A DNA stretch of 64,000 bases from Bilabrum cf. latius (Eukaryota), in assembly GCA_965178125.1 (NCBI GenBank), contig OZ237736.1, positions 1,116,001 through 1,180,000 on the forward strand, given 5' to 3'. The translations under genes were made by a program, and so were the position numbers. Positions 59,146-64,000 of the stretch are shown here, piece after piece. Position 1 is the stretch's first letter; each line of letters starts with the position of its first letter. The notes below the pieces were generated by a model. It was not told the origin of the DNA. It made no database searches and was given only the letters and a program-made list of their open reading frames with translations.

Positions 59146-62100
59146 TCACATGCCCATGGCAGCCAAAGCAGCAGCAGCAGCCCCGCCGTGCTAGGGCGAC
59201 TGCATCGTCGAAACCGCCTGCCCACCACCCCGAAGGGGCGACTCCAAACCAGCGGGTCTTCTTGACCTGTATCCCCCTCCCGCAGCCCCGGAGCCGCTCG
59301 AAGCCGCGCCGCTGGCCCCGCTTTCCGCGCCGTCGCCCTCCTCGTCCTCGTCCTCGGCTTTCCCGTCACCGTCAACGGCATCGATCCAGGACCTGAGCTT
59401 GCCTGCCGGATCTCGTTCGGCCTTAAGACTTACTGCATTCACAACTTCCTTGCACATGGGGCACGCTGACCCGCCATCCGTGCCAAACTTGTCGATGTAG
59501 CTCGCAAAGTCCGGGTAGTGTGCGGGCTGGTGGCAGCTGGGGCACGAGGTCCAGTTTTCCAGAGTCATGTGCCTTCCCGTGCAGATGTCCATCGGCAAAT
59601 GAGACTTGCAGGACGGGCAGTCCAGCTGCCAGGCCGGGATTACGGTGCCGCACACGGGGCACGGGCTCGTCTCTGCGGGCGCCTCCTCGGTCTTGGGTCG
59701 CCTTACGATGCCCTCGATCTTGCGCATCAGCTTCTCCTGCACCTTGCCCTTGAGCTCGGGGTCCCCCACGAGCCTGACAGCAAGCGCGTGAGAGCTCTTC
59801 TTGAGACCGGCGCGGGAACACTCAACGACACCGCTGGCAAGAATCTGCTCTGCGTGCTTGGGAAACTTGGAAATGTCACCGGCGAGTCGCAGCAAAAGGC
59901 GAGCCGCGCCGTCGTGCCTGTCCTGCTTCACGAGAGGCTTCACGAGGCTGTACGAGTGCAGGAGCTCCATGTTTCGGAGCAGCTCGTGGGGCACGCGGAC
60001 CCCAATCCTAAGCAGGTCTCTGAAGGACCGGAGCAGCAAGGCCTTCGCGGCAGCGTACTCGCCCATCTCGCGATGCTGCCTCGCGATCGTGACCGCCGTG
60101 CGGGTGGCTTGGGTGTAGTCCTGCAGGGCGATGTACAGCTTGTATATGTAGATCTGGTCCTTGGGCACCCCGTCGCTCTCTCCGGTCAGGAAATCGATGA
60201 GGGTCGTGGTCAGAACGTCCTGCCTCGCCTTACCCGTCACCTCCACGGCATCCTCGAGCTTGTCCTCTCCGCACTGCATGAAGAGCGTCAGCGCCTTGCC
60301 GTACCTGGAGGCCCTCTGGTAGAACTTGCCGGCCTCTGCCGCCTCGCCCCTCTCCTCAAAGTACTGCGCAACCTTCACGTATTCCTCCGGGGGGATCAGG
60401 TTCGAGCCCTTGTCTCCGTCCGAGTCGGACTTGCCGGCGGTCCTGGAGCTCGCCGCGCCCCCGCGCTGCTCCTGGGCAGCGATGGCGGCCTTGGCCGCGT
60501 CCAGCAGCGCCTGGACGTACTGCTGCATCTCATTGGTGGCAGCAGCAAGCTCAAAGGCCTCGCTCCTCTGCCCCGCGATGAGAAGGAACTCGATGGCACC
60601 CCTCGGGTTGTCGTTCTCTTGGCACCACATGGACAGCTTGCGGGCCGCTGAGGTGCTGCGCGAGGCCCGCACCACCTCGCCGGCCTTGTCGGGCTGGTGG
60701 AGCTTGTCGATGAGGATTCGAACCACGGCATCGCTGTCCCTCGCGCGCTCGTACACCCTGACAGCCTCTTTGAACCTGCCCTCCACCTCGAGGGCCTTGG
60801 CGTAGGCTGCGAGCAGCTTGGGCGCGTGCACTCGCGGGATGAGCTTGGCCACTGCGGAGAACTCTTTAGCTGAGATGAGGATCTGAGCCGCCTCTTCCGT
60901 CTGGTCGCATCGCTCGTACAGCTCCGCGGCTTCGTGCCATAGCTTGAGCTCCACACAGATCGCGGCGCAGTCTGCCACCACCGCCCTATCGACCACCTTC
61001 CTGGCCCGTTTCATCCCTTGCACCACCTCACCAGACCGCAGCAGGCAGCGCGCCTGACCGGCGTCGCACATGGTCTGCACCCTCTTCTAGTCAAACCTCG
61101 TGAGGGAAGACGCCGCCTCGGTGCCAGAGGCCCCGGACACGACCCCTGCCAAGCTCTCCTCAGCTGTGTGGTACAGGGTCAGGGCGGTGCTCGAGTCGCC
61201 CCGCAGCTCGGTCTGCCGCCCCAGCTGGGCCGCACACTCGGGCACCTCCCACGCGGCGAGCGCCTCGGCAAGCCGTAGGGCCTTGTCCCAGTGCAAGAGA
61301 TCCTTCCGCATTCGCAGAGCCTCGAAGGGCTGCCTGGAGTCAAGGAATAGCTGCTGTGCCGTGTCGTAGTCCGCGAAGAGCAGAGCCATGTGCCCCGCCA
61401 GGAGGTTCTGGTCCTCCACGTGCTTCACCGCCTCGAGGGCCATGACCATGGCAGCATCGCCCAGGTATCTGTAGCACTTGACGGCCTCGGCCACCTCCAG
61501 GTTCTCCATGGCTCGGTTGGCAAGCGCGAGGAACAGGGACCGGTCCGACTTGGCCACGACGGCAGCTTCCCACGCGCGATCGAAGCGATTGAGAGCTAGG
61601 GCCTGGCCGAAGCCGCCCCGCAGTACGTCAGGGTCCACCATCTGGTGCTTGGGAGGTGCGGACAGATGCTTGTGCGACGCCAGCGTGACTCTCTCTATCC
61701 TGCCTCCCTGCAGCTGAGCGAAGAGCACCCCATCGTAGGAGACCGCAGGCCTGCCCCCATGGGGCACTACCGTGCCAACCCCAACGGTGGTCAAAGAGCC
61801 GTCCTCTGCCACCGCGGTGCTGCCGATGCGCTCCAGCTGCGCACCCCGCACCGTGAGCGGCACGTAGTGATACGAGTGGACCGTCCGGCCGGTTGCAACC
61901 ACGAAAGAGCCCCAGTCCGCCGGGTCCCAAATGACCTGCTGCGGCAAGAGACTGACGCCGCCCGACCCGCTGCCCGACGCGGCACCGCGCGGAGCCACCG
62001 CCGCGCCTTTCTCCTCCACCTCAATGGCACGCTGCTCGTCTGCCTTGGTGGGCAAGGGAACCTCCAGTGCGCTGCCGTCCACGGGGTTGAACAAGAAGCA

Positions 62101-63928
62101 CGCCCCGGCGCTGTCTGCGATCACGACTCGCGTGCCCGCGATGTTCGGGTACAGTCCACCGATGGATGCCGCCCCCGCTGCCGATGGTGACGCGCCACCA
62201 GCGCCCGAGGACGGTCCGCCTCCTCCAGCCTCTGCAGCGTCAGCCAAGGGGTGCTTGAACCTGCAGCCGTCCAGTACCTTGCCGGTCGACAGGTGCACCA
62301 CGTCCACTGCGCCCGAGGAATGCCCCACGAACAGCATCCCACCGGCGGCTCGCACGCATGTCGCAGTCCCAGGCTTGTCTGCAGGAGGAAACACGATCGA
62401 CTTCGCGCCAGGGGGACCTTCGATCGGGTGTATGTTGACCCTGCCTCCACAGAGCACCGCCGCGTTTGTGTCGTCTAGCGTGATGGCCTGCACGCTAGCC
62501 AGGTATTCCTTCTCCAGGATGGGAGACGGCGGCGAGCCTGGGGGTGTCACGAGCAGCCTGTGGAAGCACACCTTCGAGTTGATCGCCACTGCTGCGTGCC
62601 GAGGACCCAACGCGACGGCGGTAGGTTCGATGGACAGCGGCACTGTGATTCCTGTGGTCGTGTTTGGAGGGGCCAGCACGTCCACCACCGCGAGCTCTTT
62701 CAAGCTGCTGAGGTGAGCCACCTTGCTGCCGAACACGCCGCTCATGAGGGGCATCGAGGCCAGGTAGCTCGTAACACGACCCCCAGTCGTAGAGACCGTG
62801 AGGATCTGGCCGTCGCTGGTCCACGCGATGCGCTCGACCCTGCCGGCCATCGAATCGATCGCGGTGTAGTCGCCTTTCACCTCCTCCCTCGTGGTCGTGT
62901 CCAGGACGCGGATGCCTCGCGTGTCCGCGATGGCGCAGCGCTTGAGGCTCTAGGAGAAGGCCATGGACATGATCGTGTCCTTGGTTAGGTATGCCCCGAA
63001 TATTTCGTCGTTCACTTCGTTGGGATGCGTGGACACGACGGCGACGTAGCCCCCCGTGAAGGCGGCGATGAGGTAGCCATCTCCGAACCAGTCAAACCCC
63101 ACGACAGCGCCGTACCTGCGGTCATCATGAAGGGGGTGAGAAGGGCGATGGGAAGGCGGTGCAATACATCCTGAATCAAGGGATTCTGTGCGGCTCACAC
63201 GCCTGGACGGCCTGGTTGGCTGGCCAGCGCCGAGGCACTCTCACTTTTCATCAAACCCCAGCTCAAGGGGATCGTTCTGCTGCTGGATATCGTATAGTAG
63301 CACCGCATTTCCATTCATGTTTACCATGACGGTGGTATCTTGCCTCGCTGCAGCCGAGGGGCCGTCTACCTTCTGTCGCATGAAGGACAGCTGCGTGGGT
63401 ATATGCTGCAGCTCGGTCGTGTCTAGCGTCTTGCCTTTGTCGTCGCTGAATGTGAGCACCCTGTCTTCACTTCCAAGCACTAGCAAACCATTGGAAGACC
63501 AAGACCCCGAAATAATGGCGTTCTCGTGCTTTCCTACGACAGGCACCTTTCGCCTCGTCTCTTTGTTATACAAGAGCAGGTTGCCGCGAGCGTCACCAAC
63601 TGCGAGCTGGGGCCCCCTCTTCGCCCAGCATAGATAGGTGGGATCCTTTAGATTAGAGCTTCCGTCTAGAGTTATCAAGCGCCTGGACGACAAGTCCCAG
63701 AGATTCACTTGGGAAATGCCGTCCTGGATCACAGCAAGTGTCTGCGCAAGTCAAAGCGAGGGGCAGCAGTAGCTGCTGGTGCATCATTCATTGCAAAAGT
63801 ACATACCTTGCCGCGGAGGTAACTCACCTCTCCGTCGCAATCCCACTCCAATGCCTTGCACGGACCTCTTGTTGGCAGCGCCTATTCGAACACCTCAGAG
63901 CCATGCCGATCATACACATGCAAAACCC
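59146..63928 (-). CDS. WDR19: IFT144/WDR19 intraflagellar transport A subunit, 5' end outside window; exons 63828-63928, 63245-63741, 59146-63115
   Basis: VYDRHG, LEWDCDG, GNLLLYN, WFGDGY, LEMR-like LRMRKDLLHWDKAL, LHSYSLVK, ISKFPKH, C-terminal CPVC/CPSC zinc motifs. GT-AG introns 63742-63827 and 63116-63244 restore homology. TGA at 59146-59148. Confidence 0.93.
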
Positions 63929-64000
63929 CTGCTAAATCGAGTGTGAAAATTCGAATGAAAACCGTTTTGCTCCGTGCGCATGACAACTAGCACGGTAAAG

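Noticed and set aside
59518-60651. Long antisense or alternate-frame ORFs (also 10335-11192, 39227-40324, 29451-30332)
   Set aside because: These are shadows of real genes in GC-rich DNA, with no recognisable motifs.
1-64000. Cluster of pseudogenes with premature stops
   Set aside because: Only TAG interrupts exons. There are no frameshifts or internal TAA/TGA, catalytic residues are intact, and normally essential genes are affected.
1-64000. RIP, cytosine deamination or C-to-T sequencing artefact turning CAG into TAG
   Set aside because: These processes would also convert the abundant CAA and CGA codons to TAA/TGA and scatter missense changes; neither is seen. The one clear duplication (ACP) is not heavily mutated and has no stops.
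1-64000. TAG as Trp (A-to-I editing), Leu, Glu, Tyr or pyrrolysine
   Set aside because: The best-conserved TAG positions align to Gln. TAG occurs in nearly all genes, unlike site-specific Pyl or editing. U-to-C editing is not formally excluded without RNA data but would have to be genome-wide.
1-64000. Recoded bacteriophage or bacterial origin (table 15 occurs in some phages)
   Set aside because: Spliceosomal introns and eukaryote-specific genes (TFIIH, IFT144, UFD2, PTEN, ERV1) are present.

Overview
Gene-dense, GC-rich eukaryotic nuclear DNA. I read 22 protein-coding genes with a few short GT-AG introns and mostly 60-400 bp intergenic spacers. Gene content (IFT144, Tubby, calcyphosin, fungal-type FAS) suggests a flagellated protist, possibly a heterotrophic stramenopile; this is inference only. 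The main result is a non-standard nuclear genetic code. Most genes are interrupted by in-frame TAG codons, never by in-frame TAA or TGA within exons. Several TAGs fall exactly on conserved Gln residues: CP*L, HPNII*L, FF*QL, AT*FTQ, DVL*ETFINT, GS*LW, GSHT*FYD and SYV*. Reading TAG as Gln gives complete proteins that end in TGA (16 genes) or TAA (6 genes). So UAG appears to encode Gln while UAA remains a stop, a rare uncoupling of the two UAR codons. The supplied ORF track is therefore fragmented. The genes are XPG, a SNF1/CAMK-like kinase, TFIIH p52, a carboxylesterase, a ~4,600 aa single-chain fungal-type FAS with two near-identical ACPs, a Tubby-like protein, UPRT, a calcyphosin-like protein, ERV1, Asterix, an orphan, PTEN, a Pol iota-like polymerase, a thioredoxin-like protein, GPR107, UFD2 with a C-terminal UIM, an F-box-like protein, an LRR protein, GNL1, an aromatic amino acid decarboxylase, a DUF4336 protein and IFT144. 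I saw no tRNA, rRNA, mobile element or CRISPR array. Homology calls come from recalled motifs, not from database searches.
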